From NCBI GenBank assembly GCA_013115125.1, contig JABANN010000166.1:1-58428 (forward strand): a stretch of DNA of 58,428 bases. Reading direction: 5' to 3'. Shown in pieces: positions 24,430-36,736 of the stretch (the stretch's first letter is position 1; each line of letters starts with the position of its first letter). The DNA comes from Perkinsus olseni (taxonomy: Eukaryota). The position numbers were made by a program, and so were the translations under genes. The notes beneath the pieces are model-generated. The model searched no databases. It saw only the letters and a list, made by a program, of their open reading frames with translations, and had not been told where the DNA came from.

Positions 24430-26935
24430 TTATGTCATGCTCCAATGGCACTGTAAACGGTAGATCCGATCACCGACATTACTCGGTACGGCGAGAGCAG
24501 TGCCCCCCTGTACTCTCCTCCAGTCCTGGTTCGTCTTCCAGAGTATCCTCATACTAACAAGGCCAGCATTGAACGCAGAAGGGCCATGGCCCCGGCCGAC
24601 GTACCATCTGCTCCACCTCATCGTCCTGAAGGCCTCTTAGGTAGGCTTCCTTATCCAGCACTCCCTCCGCTTCAGCCAACCATTCCGCCATCCTACGTGA
24701 AAGGGCGTGCACTGCGTGTGGGGCGAGAGAGGCGAATCGCCTCAGGCGATACTTCCTGAGGTCCCCTTCAGCAGCGTTGGTGAGGCGACGCGCTGTGGCA
24801 CTGAAGTCGTCCATCATACCCTGCATCGCCGAGGTCCATTCCGAGTCCAACTACCAAAACCGATACATCACGAGGGACATGCTCGTGACTCTGGAGAGAA
24901 CTCGTTGAGCATTTGACAAGTCTTCCCGTCGGCTCGAGAATAGCTATTGCACGCGGCCCACTCATGGTACCTTAGTTTCGTCCCAGAATCCGCTCTGCAT
25001 CGGCTGTACCTTCTCCTGCAAATGCCCCACTTCGGCCGACTCCGCTGTCGTAGGACGGTCCTCAGGGTGTTCACCCGAGCCCACCAGCGGACCTCCAGCA
25101 ACGCCTCTCCCCGCACCACGACTCTCTCCCCTCAGAGAAATGCCGTCCAAGACCGAGAGTCCCGGACAACAGCGGTACAGGCCTTGTGCTGAGCAGGAGT
25201 GGAGGAGCGAGCACGGATTGCCCGCTATCTGAGAAAGACGCAGTGACTTCAGCGAACCCTTCCGTCTACAACTGATGCATGGGTATTGCGCGTAGCCACT
25301 TCTACTAAGGCAGTCCAAGTGGCCCAGCGCATGCTGCGACCACGGTTCATACCGTTATCATCAAAATGGTAGTATCATTGAAAACAGAGTCATAAGCCCG
25401 ACTGAGCGTAGTCTACAACTCCTGTTCACAGTTCCTACCGCCCAGAGCCCAAATCACAACCTATAACAATGCCAATTACCAGCTACTCAAGAGACGGACC
25501 CGCTCCTGCGTTCTCCACCTACCGTGAGCTCCGCGAGATCCTTCAGACGGGAAAGCTCCTCCGCGACCGGCCTTCCTTCCTCCAGCCTGTTGTCCGCCAG
25601 TTGCAACACCTCCACATTAGGACACACTCTCGCCAGCCCCTTCACCGTCGATACACGGTTACTCGCCAGGTACAACTCGACGAGATGCTCACACACTGGA
25701 AGGCCCTTCAAGCTCCGCAGACGATTAGCAGCGACAGAGAGGACAGACAGAGCGTTCCCTTTCGGGACAAACGAGAGGCTCTTCAGAAGGCAGTGATCTA
25801 CTCTGAGCTCCTTGAGGCCTCGGATGTGGACCAACTGTCTCACTTCCAGACCATCAATAGGATTGTGTCCAAGATCCGCCACCACTAGACCCGGCAAGGA
25901 TCTCAATGCTTCGCCTAGCGTCCCCGACCCCAGAGCGTTGTGGGAGGCATCCAGCCGACTAAGCCTTCTCAACCCCTCGACACCTTCCAAGCTCTGCAGC
26001 TGATTTCGCTGGCACTCCAAAATCTCCAGTGTCTTCGGTAAGGCACAGCCGAGCCGTGCAAGACGATTGTCGGCAACTGACAGGCGCTTCAGCTGCGGCG
26101 GCCAATCGGCCCCGCGGAGCTCCGACAGCATGCACGAAGCCAGGTTGAGCACAATGAGGCTTCGCCACTGCATCCCGCGAGTGAACCCGAATGCTGTTAT
26201 ATTATTGCTGGACAGGTCGACCTCTTCCACCCTCCTCTTCTCTTCCACCTTCTCGATGCCTTCAGTGGAACTCAGCATTTGATAATGCAAGTCGAGTTTC
26301 ACAACAGGACCCTCTTCATCTAATCTCGTAGAGGCCCATGCGATGTCTATGCCGTTCCTCCGTGGACGGGCGGCAGTCGGGAGCCAGCGATCCTCTATCA
26401 AAGCGGGTGAGGTATCCCTCCTTAAGGATCTCCTCAAGGCAGACACCGCCGACGTCGAGGAAGAGGTTGAGAATGCTCCCTTCAAGGCAGCGTCAACAGG
26501 CGAAGCCTCCGCTTCCTCCGGACATGTGTCCTGCCGCGACATGTGGCTGCCATCCGCACTGGATACACGAGATCCGTTAAGACTGGCGTCGGCAAGCCAC
26601 TTCTCCGGGGAGACACTGTCCTCGCCAACACTAGTACTCGACATCGATCCAAGGCCCTTCTTCCCTGGCTCCGGTCTCGATACTCGGAGGAGCCCCCGAG
26701 GACCACCCACGGCCACTCCAGACGCTGGGGGGTCAGCAAGTTCCAGGAGCGAGCTACTGCGAAAACCCGGACTACCCGGTGCTTGAGCGCTATCGCCGAG
26801 AACTCGCCAGCCCGCGCCAGTACCACCGCTTCCATCCAGATCGAACCAGGTCCTGCCCGTCCCTATATGACCATCCAAGGCCTGCCCATCCAGTGACGAC
26901 TTGAGGCGGTCTACAATCGAGGACTGTGCTGCCAT
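24430..26935 (-). CDS. Leucine-rich repeat protein (SDS22-like repeats) with helical C-terminal exons
   Basis: About 10 LxxLxLxxNxL repeats in the 25487-26935 ORF (VEEVDLSSNNI, LKRLSVADNRL, LVELYLASNRV). Downstream exons to ~24430 are inferred to belong to this gene. Confidence 0.75.
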
Positions 26936-27053
26936 GACCCGGGAAATCCACTTGGCAACTGTAATGAATGCGAAATGCTATCGAAGCCTGCACAACAGCG
27001 TCGGTGAGCAGCGAAACTGGGGCTCTACCCAGACCCGAGAGGTCGGCATTGCG

Positions 27054-27907
27054 TCACTTGTACTTCACCCCGCCCATGAACTCTCTCGCGTTAGGTACAC
27101 TACCGTTAAACTCCGCTCCAGAGAAGTCGAATCCAGGATTCTCTTCCTGACACGAAATGACCATCCCGCAGAAGTTGGGCGAAGAGCGGTATTCGCTACC
27201 TGGAATCTCTCTAACATGAGCTTTTTGCTGAGCTCGTTCTGCGTGAAGGCGTCCAACTGAGCCTGCCCTTCGAAGCACGATGGCCACAACTCCGCCTTGC
27301 GAGCCTACCAACATCTATTCGATACTTTGGAGGAACCCCTCCTGATTACCTTAGCCAGAATAATATGAACCTCGCCGTCCTCTATGAACCAGGTCGAGTC
27401 ATCCTTATCGACCAGACCTGCCCTGACATGACCACAGTGTGCCATCGAACCACGCTCGTCTCCGTTGGCCAAAAACAGGGAAGAATGGCCCACCCTACGG
27501 TTCGTGATTGAGGTAAAACTGGTTGGCTCCCCTGAGACTGAGCTTCACGCGCTTAGGGTCCAATAAGATGGAGAGCTGGCTGGCTTTGGTGCAGCCAGGA
27601 GGCAATTTCACATAAATATGGACCTACGACCACAAGGAGCAGGATTACCGAGATATCGTAATCGGGTCTCGGAAAAATAGGGACACCCAGGCGGCGATCC
27701 GAGAGTGCATGTTAGTCAACAGAATAAGAGTGCACCATGCTACCCGGCTACGATCAAGATCATCCTCTCCCCCCCCCCCCTTATCACCTCGTCCTGCGTT
27801 TGCTCCCACTCATACACGACATGCCCTTCGTAGATGTAGGGCTGTCGGCCTCTTGCTTTCTTCTCCAACTCTCTCACTTTAGGGTCCTTGTCGTCTCGTC
27901 CAACCAT
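27054..27907 (-). CDS. NudC/CS-domain protein (NudCD2-like), multi-exon
   Basis: MVGRDDKDPK...VYEWEQTQDE|VHIYVKLPPG...|GLVDKDDSTWFIEDGEVHIILAK|...WPSCFEG..LDAFTQNELSKKLMLERFQ|ENPGFDFSGAEFNGSVPNAREFMGG. Confidence 0.88.
27769..27780. repeat. C12 homopolymer (G12 on the gene strand) in the first NudC intron
   Basis: Seen directly. Confidence 0.8.
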
Positions 27908-28014
27908 CCGGAATGATCATACAAACTCTATTCGAAATCTCATTAGCGTCATCTCGCCAGTATCCCGGGAACGCAATCAACACCAGGATTGAAACATCGC
28001 TGGCACCAATGGTG

Positions 28015-29992
28015 CTAGTAGTCGGGCCCCTTAGAGATGATCTCCGTTCCCATCTCGCCACACATTATGGTGTGCTCGAACTGCGCTATATACCCTCCCG
28101 GCCCAGCATCAACCAACGGTGGGCAATCCATCACTACATTATACCGTATCAGCTCTCGCAGGTTGCCGCAGTCGAACGCGGACAACCACCGATCTGAAAG
28201 CCCACAGCTCCTCCGCTAGCACACACGCCCGACCCATCCCGCATTACCAGCGAAGGGCATCGTGCTGAAGCGTTTGAGTATGTTGGTGAGCGTCCTCCTT
28301 CCGTCAGCTGACAGAAGGCTGCTGAAGCGGTCGTAGTACGGACTCAACATGAAATGACTCGAGTCGCCCTGAGCACCCACGAGATTCTTCATCAGCCTGA
28401 ACACGCTGGACTACCATGCTGGTGACATAGCCTGTGATGCCGCCACCCGCCCCTCCGAAGGTCTCGACTGCGTATAGCTGATTCGCCTTCATCTTAGTCT
28501 GAGAGAGAACACACTCCTTCGCAGCATTGCCACGGCCGTGATCTGAAGGGCCACCTGATCCCCGTTATCAACCAACGGTATGGCCTGCCCATCATGAATC
28601 TTGTAGTTGCCAATAGAGTGGCCGCAAAGGTTATAGATGACCTTAACCGGAGACCCGTCCTCCAGCTCTCCCGAGTTCATAACCTAGGGTATGCCAAGAG
28701 TCGAGATCAGGCGAGAGCGGTCCCAGCAGTACCTCACTAACTGCCGCCCCAACGTCGCACACGCGGACATCAACTCCGGCCGTACGGATTCCAGTATATG
28801 TGGCCTCTTTGACTGTTTCTGAAGGAACCCAGGCGCAGAAGTGTTCGAAGCAGAAAGCGCGAGGTAGTGCAATGATGAGCATATGACTCGGGGTTTTGAT
28901 GCGTGCGTTGGTCATTACCAAAACTTCGTTGAACGATCGTTTCATGCTAGGCCTTCGTCATAAAAAGGCGGAGCTCCCATTTTTATATTGACGTTATGTG
29001 GTGAAACCTATTCTGTATCATGAGAATCAGCCGATCCCATCATTACCTAGTAAGGGGACCAGCAACGGGTTATGAGTGACAGAAAACGCACAGTCGATAA
29101 TATGGCCGTCCACATGGACACCAAAATCAACCTAAAAAGTCATTTTCAGCTCTGCTACCATCACCATATACCCCTACAGTTCTACCTTAAGCACATCATT
29201 AGCGGTGTATATGATAGACTGAGGCGGAGGTGCTGTAGAGAACGCCGGGTTATTGGGCGTGAAGTGGGCAGCGACTTCATTCAGGCACACACCTGCGGCG
29301 GCACACTACTCGCAAAACAAGAGTTCGACCGATCTCACCGGTAGGGAAGCCCCAGCCACGCTCAAGGGGCCGCTTAGGATCGGACTTGGCATGAAGATTA
29401 ACTTTGCTCTCCAACTCATCCACGAAGGTGTCTAGTCTCATCCCAGGCTTTATTTTCGGCTCCATTTCGTGGCGAACGGTACGATGAATCCGAGCCGCAG
29501 CGCGGGCCTGCAAGTTTAACACCCAGAGTCGATCATCCATGCCCTCTACCCAGTATTACTGCTTTGAGAGTAGCCATAGCAGCTGCAGTGCTGACCGCGC
29601 CGTCGCAGGAGTCCGTAGCCTTCGAGTCATTCCTTGTGATGATCTCCCCAGGCTCAGCGAGATTGCCGCCAGCATGATGGACGGCTCGTCGCCTCGTCAC
29701 TTTATGATCATCATTCTCTCCTTTCCCGTCATTATCGACCAAACGAACTCGCCCGATCGACTTAGCCTCGACGAGATTGACCCCCAGCACTGTCTCCGAA
29801 GGCTGCGTGGCTTTCACTTTTCGAGCCAGCCCCAAGCCCAAGCTTGGACACCGCGCCAAGACAGCACGCCAGAAGCGCACGTTGAGCTCCAATAGGATGC
29901 CTTTCAGCGCATAAGTGGTCGACCGGACGCCGAAGTACCTGCCAGAGGATAGCGCATCTTGGGTCGACCGCGGGACGCGGCGAAATTGCCAT
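28015..29992 (-). CDS. METAP2: Methionine aminopeptidase 2 (multi-exon; start uncertain)
   Basis: [21 protein letters not shown]|..[61 protein letters not shown]...EIISKGPDY*. Metal ligands D, D, H, E, E are all present. Confidence 0.9.
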
Positions 29993-30320
29993 CGCCGCGA
30001 TGCTAGAGCGATCTAGAAAGCGCAGCAGCCGGTAGCCCGGAGGATTACCACGTTAGAGATGCAGTGATGATCAAAAACACCCATGTAGCTGGTGAGAAAA
30101 AATGTAGGATAGTTGCGATGGAGACGGCCATTTTGAAGGACTGCATGGACGATTTCGCGCGCGCGAAGTTTATAGACTGGGGCAAATACTCCGTGTCTGA
30201 GAGAATTCACGCATCTTACATCGTTCACTATACACTCCTTTTGCAAACTCATCCCTGTAGACGCATGTTTTGCTGCAATACAGGTGCGCAATAGATTTCT
30301 TTCCAGTTCCTAGCCTCGGA

Positions 30321-31774
30321 ATGGCTCCTCCTCCTCCTCCTCCTCCTCCTCCGTCGTCTACCCACTTCGCAGATGTCCGACGGCTAGTTTCATCCGGCGC
30401 TCCACCAGCGCTCATCGTGAGCGATCCGGCTTGGATGAGGATGTTAGACGAGGTAGTATGGTCTCTTGGGTCGACGGTCTCGGCACTAGACGATAATGGC
30501 GGCGTATCCGAGCTTGAAGCTTGAGATTCAAAGAATTACATTTGTTCGATCGCCCCTGTGATTGATTACGCATCTCGACCTTAAGCCGTCGGTTGAGGGC
30601 CCAACAGCTGGGGTGGTGCCCGTCATCGAGCTCTAGGAGAGACCATGGGTTCACGGTGGTTCGTACTTCATCCGGTGGTATGCAGATCGATGCTGGACTG
30701 GCACGGCGGAAGGAGACCATCGACCGGGTCGCTGCCGACCTCGGGGTCATGCTGGAGGACCGACAGAAAGTACCTGTACCACCAGCAGGACCACCTCCAC
30801 CTGGGTAAGGCGAAAACCTCGAGCCATCGAGCTGGTGTGCGTGTTAATTTTTGACTCCCCTCAGGCCCGATGATGGCTGGTGGGCCCAGGGACCGCCGAT
30901 GCCAGGGTACGCTCCGCCTTGGGGTGGTCCTCAGGGCTATCCTCCCCATCACGCTCCTTCGCCATGTAATAGGGTTATTAACAGTCATATATCAACACCG
31001 TCGTTGGGTAGATCACATGGCGTCCCCACCCCCGCCGATGGCTGACCAGGGTGCGCCGGTCCCTCCGCCCTTCCCTACACCCCCACCGGGATTCAACCAG
31101 CCCTATCAGACCAACGGCCAGCAATCATCTGGGGAGACTGAGCTGCAGCGCCGAAAGCGACAAGTAAGCCTCTGCATGTCACGCGTTCTGCTGGTTATAA
31201 CCCTGCTCAGGCTCTCGAAAGGATGGCGACACCCCCTGCTGAGAACAGCGTGGAGCGACGCCCTCCTGCGGACTCAGGATACGGTCCTGCGCCTGATCCG
31301 AGCGATAAAGGTAGTGGGGCTGCAGTCGAGGCCGACTGCCGAGGGGCTCGCCTTTGATACTGGGTAGCTTGCGGGGCTCTCGCTAGTGTTAGTCCAAGGA
31401 GATGGTAGAATCCGCTCAGGCGCCATTCCGAATAAATATTCAACCACGATTGAATGCTCTGGATTGTATCTCTATAATTCATGGGTTCATGGGTGATATA
31501 TTGTGAAGCGGTTACTCTGCCTCTTCTACCCGGGATCGGATTAGGTTGATTGACGCTGATGATGAACTTCGGGATCGATTCTTCAGAAGCCTTTGAGGCC
31601 TATCGCCGAGCTTGCTGGCTTAAGTACTACCAGCACATGGCGGCACTGCAGACCCCAGGGCAGCCGGCTGAGCAGTCCCAGCTGCAACAGAAGCAGTCGT
31701 CGGCTGCCGCGCCGATACCGAACACCGACGATGATGAAGATGACGATATCAATAAGGAGCTGCTCGGTCTCTAG
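30321..31774 (+). CDS. Proline-rich hypothetical protein (multi-exon)
   Basis: MAPPPPPPPPPSSTHF..., Pro/Gly-rich exons, final exon AFEAYRRACWLKYYQHM...DDDINKELLGL*. Confidence 0.6.
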
Positions 31775-31881
31775 GCTCTTCCGCCCTGGTGTATAATTCT
31801 GGACATTTTTCTGTACCACCTTTGCGTTGGTCGAGTTGTTACTCGCGTCAGCAGTGCAATGCAGCGATGAGGCCGCTCCCT

Positions 31882-32625
31882 TCACTGATGGCGACCATAG
31901 TTTTCGGAAGGACCAGATACACTAATGAGTGTTGGAACGACGAGTAGTTCTCTGTTGTCGAGGCTCCAGGCAACCCTGCCGACAGGTTCGTGCCGGAGCT
32001 GTGCTGTGAGCCTCATGACGGTGGCAACCCACAGTGCTGGGATGATGCAGGGCACTACACCTACGATAAATGCTGCAGGAAATGCTGGAGCGATCCTCGT
32101 ACGATCCGCTAGGAGTGGTGCTATGGTGATCGTTCTGTGTCGCCAGTTTATCGGCCCCTTCGTTGCTGTGAAGGCGGTCTCGCCACTGAAGGCGACCCCC
32201 GTTGCTGGTTCGACGGCAGAAATTACTTCGACTGCTGTGCACCGGATACCCCTGGGCTCGCGGCGATAAGACGGCGCGAGGCCGGTAACAATACAATGAG
32301 GTGGGTCTTGGTACACCCGTGTTGGCAGGTACTGGTGGTTGGCATTGGGATGGCGATTTCGCCTGGTCCGGAGATCTGAGCTTTTCACAGGGGCAAGTCT
32401 CTCAGAAGTATCCTGAGCTTTGGCGTATCAGTGTTGCGTTGGAGAGTACGGCAAAGGCCTGCACGGTTGGAGAGTAATTGTCTGGAAACATAGCATTGCC
32501 CAGCGTCGCCTCGGCGATCAGTGTGAGAATGTCCTAGTGGTTTTACTGTATGGTCGAACGCCGTCCTTATATCCTCGGGAGTCACTCACCCGGCCGTTCC
32601 ACCCAACACGCCTCTCTAGCAACAT
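31882..32625 (-). CDS. Hypothetical small multi-exon protein (boundaries uncertain)
   Basis: Coding-like segments between GT/AG sites (DILTLIAEATLGNAMFPDNYSP; GIRCTAVEVISAVEPATGVAFSGETAF). No family recognised. Confidence 0.3.
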
Positions 32626-32787
32626 GACTGATTGATCATGGATGCGCTGTCGTAAGGTTTCAAGAGCAGCCCCGATCCGACCAGCGGAACTATACGGGTC
32701 GATACGCACAACGCAACTCAGTGATCAACGCAAAGAGAAACTCTCCGTCATCACGCTTGAAAAACGTACTACCGACCATCCCACCGC

Positions 32788-33777
32788 TCACTCGATAGGC
32801 TTCAACAGAGCTGTCTGCAGCTGATCAAGCCTCGAGGACACGGAATAGTCGTAGACACGATCCCTCACTTTCACGATCAAACCTCCGAGCATCCCAGGGG
32901 ACACCTACAGCGAAACCACGGTTCCCTGCTTCACCGGAGTCCCCCCTACTACCTCGTAATCCAGTTTCAGCTTGTGCTCCGGACCGAGACGTTTACCCAG
33001 GGCCTCCTCTACCTGAGAGGCATCGCGTTCATACGGAATCGGCCGGACGGAGGCTGATTACCCTCTTCTTGTCGCCATTATCGAGCTCGGTAGCAGTGAC
33101 CACACGACAGAGAGTTAGTCCTTGCTCGAAGCGGACCACCTCGTCAAACTTCTCGATGAACTTCGGCAAGTGGTCCAGACGGTCGTTCTCGCACAGGATT
33201 TCTGAAACGAGGGATTGCAGGGTAAAGCCAGAACTCAGCCGAGCCACTAGGGAACAGGCCGCGACCCACAGGTCAGCGAGCACTGGAGCACCACTGGGCC
33301 TTATTACTGAGGAAGTTGGTGGTGATGTCGTCGGTTTTGGACTTCTTGCAGATGTCCTCGATGCAGGCCTCACGCACATTCCTCTGGAGACCTGTAGAGC
33401 AATGGTGGAGAAAAATTACAGGGAGGAACTATACCCGGCACGGTGCAGAACATGGCGAAAACCTTCTCAGTCTGGAGCATCTCGCGTAGCATCATCATGT
33501 CTCGATAGACGGTGTCGAGTTTACCCTTAGGGTTCGCCACGGCAAAAAGCGAGGCGGCGTACCTACGAGAGGGTCTCCACCAAGACACGCGACCGCTTTT
33601 TCCCTACTACCTTCCCTCTAAAGTGGTGTCCTCCAGCTTGGGAACGGACGAGCCACCGGTCGCCGGGGCAGCGGCCTTAGCAGACTTGTCTCCGGCGGCG
33701 GCAGCGAAGAGGCGGACTGCGGACTGGTTGAGTGACGGCACCCGAGTGAGGGTAGTACGAGCCAAACTTGCCAGCAT
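32788..33777 (-). CDS. ATP5O: Mitochondrial ATP synthase OSCP (delta) subunit, multi-exon
   Basis: Transit-like MLASLARTTLTRVPSL..., TLEGR|YAASLF, ILCENDRLDHLPKFIEKF, CRVVTATELD, VSPGMLGGLIVKVRDRVYDYSVSSRLDQL. Confidence 0.9.
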
Positions 33778-34515
33778 GTTGAGGAAATGATACGACAAAG
33801 ATGCTGCTACTGACAGAAGGCACAACTGAGGTGGTCATGGTGACGAGTAAGAACGTTTCGGTGATGTCTTTCCCTCTGGGATCCCAGACGAGTCTATAAC
33901 CGACCTCAGGATTAGAAATATCACCGGCCAAAATTAGTACAGGGAGGTTCATTGTAAGAATTCACCCGCTTAATAAAGGAGATGGTGGAGGTTGAAGACA
34001 GTTGGATATGCACAGAAAGATACGATTACGAGTGTCTTCAGAAACCGAAAGTAAGACTCATATAATTCGCCTAGCGACGATGATCTGCGGCCGGTTGACG
34101 GACGTAAGATTTAGATACAGTTTTCGGCCCTTAGGGGTGAGTAACCAACTCATGTTGAGTTCACCGTACCGGCGATTATATACGTGCGTGAACTCTTCAC
34201 AGTCGGATAGATTTGCTCAAACATAATCGTCCCGTTCTTTTCTTTCCTCCACATTGCGTAAGTTAAGTCCTCTACCATTGTTACCTTGGTCGCGCTAGAT
34301 CTATTACGTCGTGATGCCAATGGAGCCTCTACGGCAGCTATCATCTTCCCTAGACCGTGGTCGTTTAGTCACCTACCACCGCCGCCGGATAGCACTGCGA
34401 ACGCCTCGAATCAGACACGACCGTGACCGCTACACTAAATGGCCCCTTCCTCCCCGATAGGAGGTTACGCATGGCTCCTATTTCCCAGTACTCCATTTTT
34501 ATTGTCTTTACTACC

Positions 34516-36337
34516 ATGGACCCGTCAACGAAGAGTTTCTTCGCGGCACGTCGGAAAGAGGATCCTGAGAACGCCGTCTGCTGCGACTGCGGCGCTGCCA
34601 ATCCCCAGTGGGCCAGCGTGCCCTATGGCATCTATTTTTGCCTCGTCTGCTCTGGTAATGCGCGATAAACTGGGAGACATCTGGCGTATCTTAGGTTGAT
34701 GCTAGTGACTTATGAAATTCAGGCAAGCATCGATCTCTGGGAGTGCACCTCAGTTTTGTGCGCTCCACCACGATGGATACTTGGAACCCCAAGCAGTTGA
34801 AAAAGATGGAAGTTGGCGGTAACAGCAAGTTCAATAAATTCTGTCGAGAAATGGTAATGTTCTCTCTGGACGCCCGCAGAGGGATCAACGAGTCTTATAC
34901 GTCAGGAAATTGACAAGATGTCGATTTCCGAGAAGTACAATACCAAGGCGGCGGAGTACTACAGGAACTATATCCAGGCTCTGGCTGAGGGAACGGCCCT
35001 ACCCGAGAAGCCCTCGATCGCAGAGGGAAAGATGCCAGCATGTAGTGGGCCTAGTGGGTGAGCATGTAGGGTGAGCTGTGGTGGTCAGATCCTCCCCCGG
35101 CCTCGTCGACTAGTGGTAGTCAGCGAAGCGCATCCCCTCCGCCTGCTTCGGGTTTTGAATCGTCCAATGGCCGCAGCAATGGGTTGAATACTCAACGCCA
35201 ATCGGGTCGGAGTACCATGACGGGTTTCGGCAGCGACATGTCGTCTAATAACAGAGCTAATGGTGGCGCCGACCACTACAGCTCTGCACGATACCAGGGT
35301 GAGATCTCGAGGGCGCAATTCCCGAACTGCTGCGCCCAACCTGTCGTGTCAGGATCATCGGCCCGTGAAGACTACTGGCACGATGCTCAGGAGGATGATG
35401 ACCCGCTAGGCAACATGATCTCTGGTGCCGCTTCCTGGATGCGGTCTGCGGTAAGGCGAGAGGCTTCTGTGGAAGAAGGGACGGCCTTGTGGTTCAGAGT
35501 CAGCAAATACAACAGGACGGCTGGAATGCGACTGCTCAGAGTTACGCTCATTGGGCGGCCCAGAAGGGGTCCGAGGCTTACACCACTGTCACTGACGACG
35601 CCTTTAAGGACAAGGTAATAGGGGAGGTGATAAGGGTCTGTGGTGATGATGGTATCTTAGGTCCGTTCGAAGCTAGCATCTACGTCTGATTGGTTCTCAC
35701 AGCAGCTTGGTGGTACTGGTGGCTCGGCTAGAGGGGAGCAGGCGGCTCAATATCTGGGCACTCTGTCATCGGGCACCATGGAGGTAGTAGTGTGGATTTT
35801 CTAGTCGACGCGTAGAGTGCTGTACGTAGGGGTTCGGCTCGGACTCGGTACGGCCACCAGCATCGTCACCGTCTCCAGCGGGCAACTACGCTGCACGGGG
35901 GTCGGCAAGGGGAGAGGCAGCTGCTGACTACCTCAGCTCCTTGTCTAGTGGAAAGATGCAGGTAGGTCGACCGCTGATGGTACTCTGGTCGTGACGGTGC
36001 GTGTCGGCTCAGGGCTTTGGCTCGGAGTCGATGGTCTCCTCCCCTCCGCCCCAAGCTTATCATGGGAGCCACGACCAGCACGGCCGATCGTTTTCTTCAC
36101 CGCCGCGTGCCAGTCGATCGCCGCTTGTTGATACGTCTTCAACCGTCACCAGACCGTCACCGCAGCAGCAGTCGCAACTCAAAGCAGGGCAAAGGAAGTC
36201 TCCACAGGTTGGAGGCTTGCAGCCCCAGAAGAAGTCTGGTGAGTGGTCCGAATTCACGGCACGTGCTGATTGAAGCCGTTTCTGGCCTAGGTACTTTGAG
36301 CGACCCCGATGCCTTCTGGAATGAGGACAACTGGTGA
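34516..36337 (+). CDS. ADP-ribosylation factor GTPase-activating protein (ArfGAP1-like), multi-exon
   Basis: ENAVCCDCGAANPQWASVPYGIYFCLVCS|GKHRSLGVHLSFVRSTTMDTW..KQLKKMEVGGN, KYNTKAAEYYR. Low-complexity tail ends DAFWNEDNW*. Confidence 0.9.
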
Positions 36338-36736
36338 GGGTGTCACCATAGGGTGTAACCCTATTAACAGCCGCCCCTCTTATTTGATAAGCCTGCCGCT
36401 TACCCGTCGTCCCCGTGCTGCCGCTTTACCTGTTGTTTTTCTTTACTTTGCACCATACTGAGGTTGTGGGGGACGCGGTGGAGCGTGGGCAGCATAAACG
36501 GCGGCGGCCTTTACCATTCTGTAAGCCCCAGCCTGCCGACTATTGCAGACGATGCGCTGTGTTGAACGGTGCGTCGCTCCGCTAGGTCTGATATTAGTGA
36601 GCAGGTCGTCTAGGGGTTGTTCAACTGTAAGTACACCTTCACTGTTGTTGCCTGAGTGTTGAGATTCAGTCGTCACTTTGGGGATGAGTGGGGCCTGTGA
36701 TTGAGACAGTGTACAGTTCTTGCCGGCGGCTTTTCG

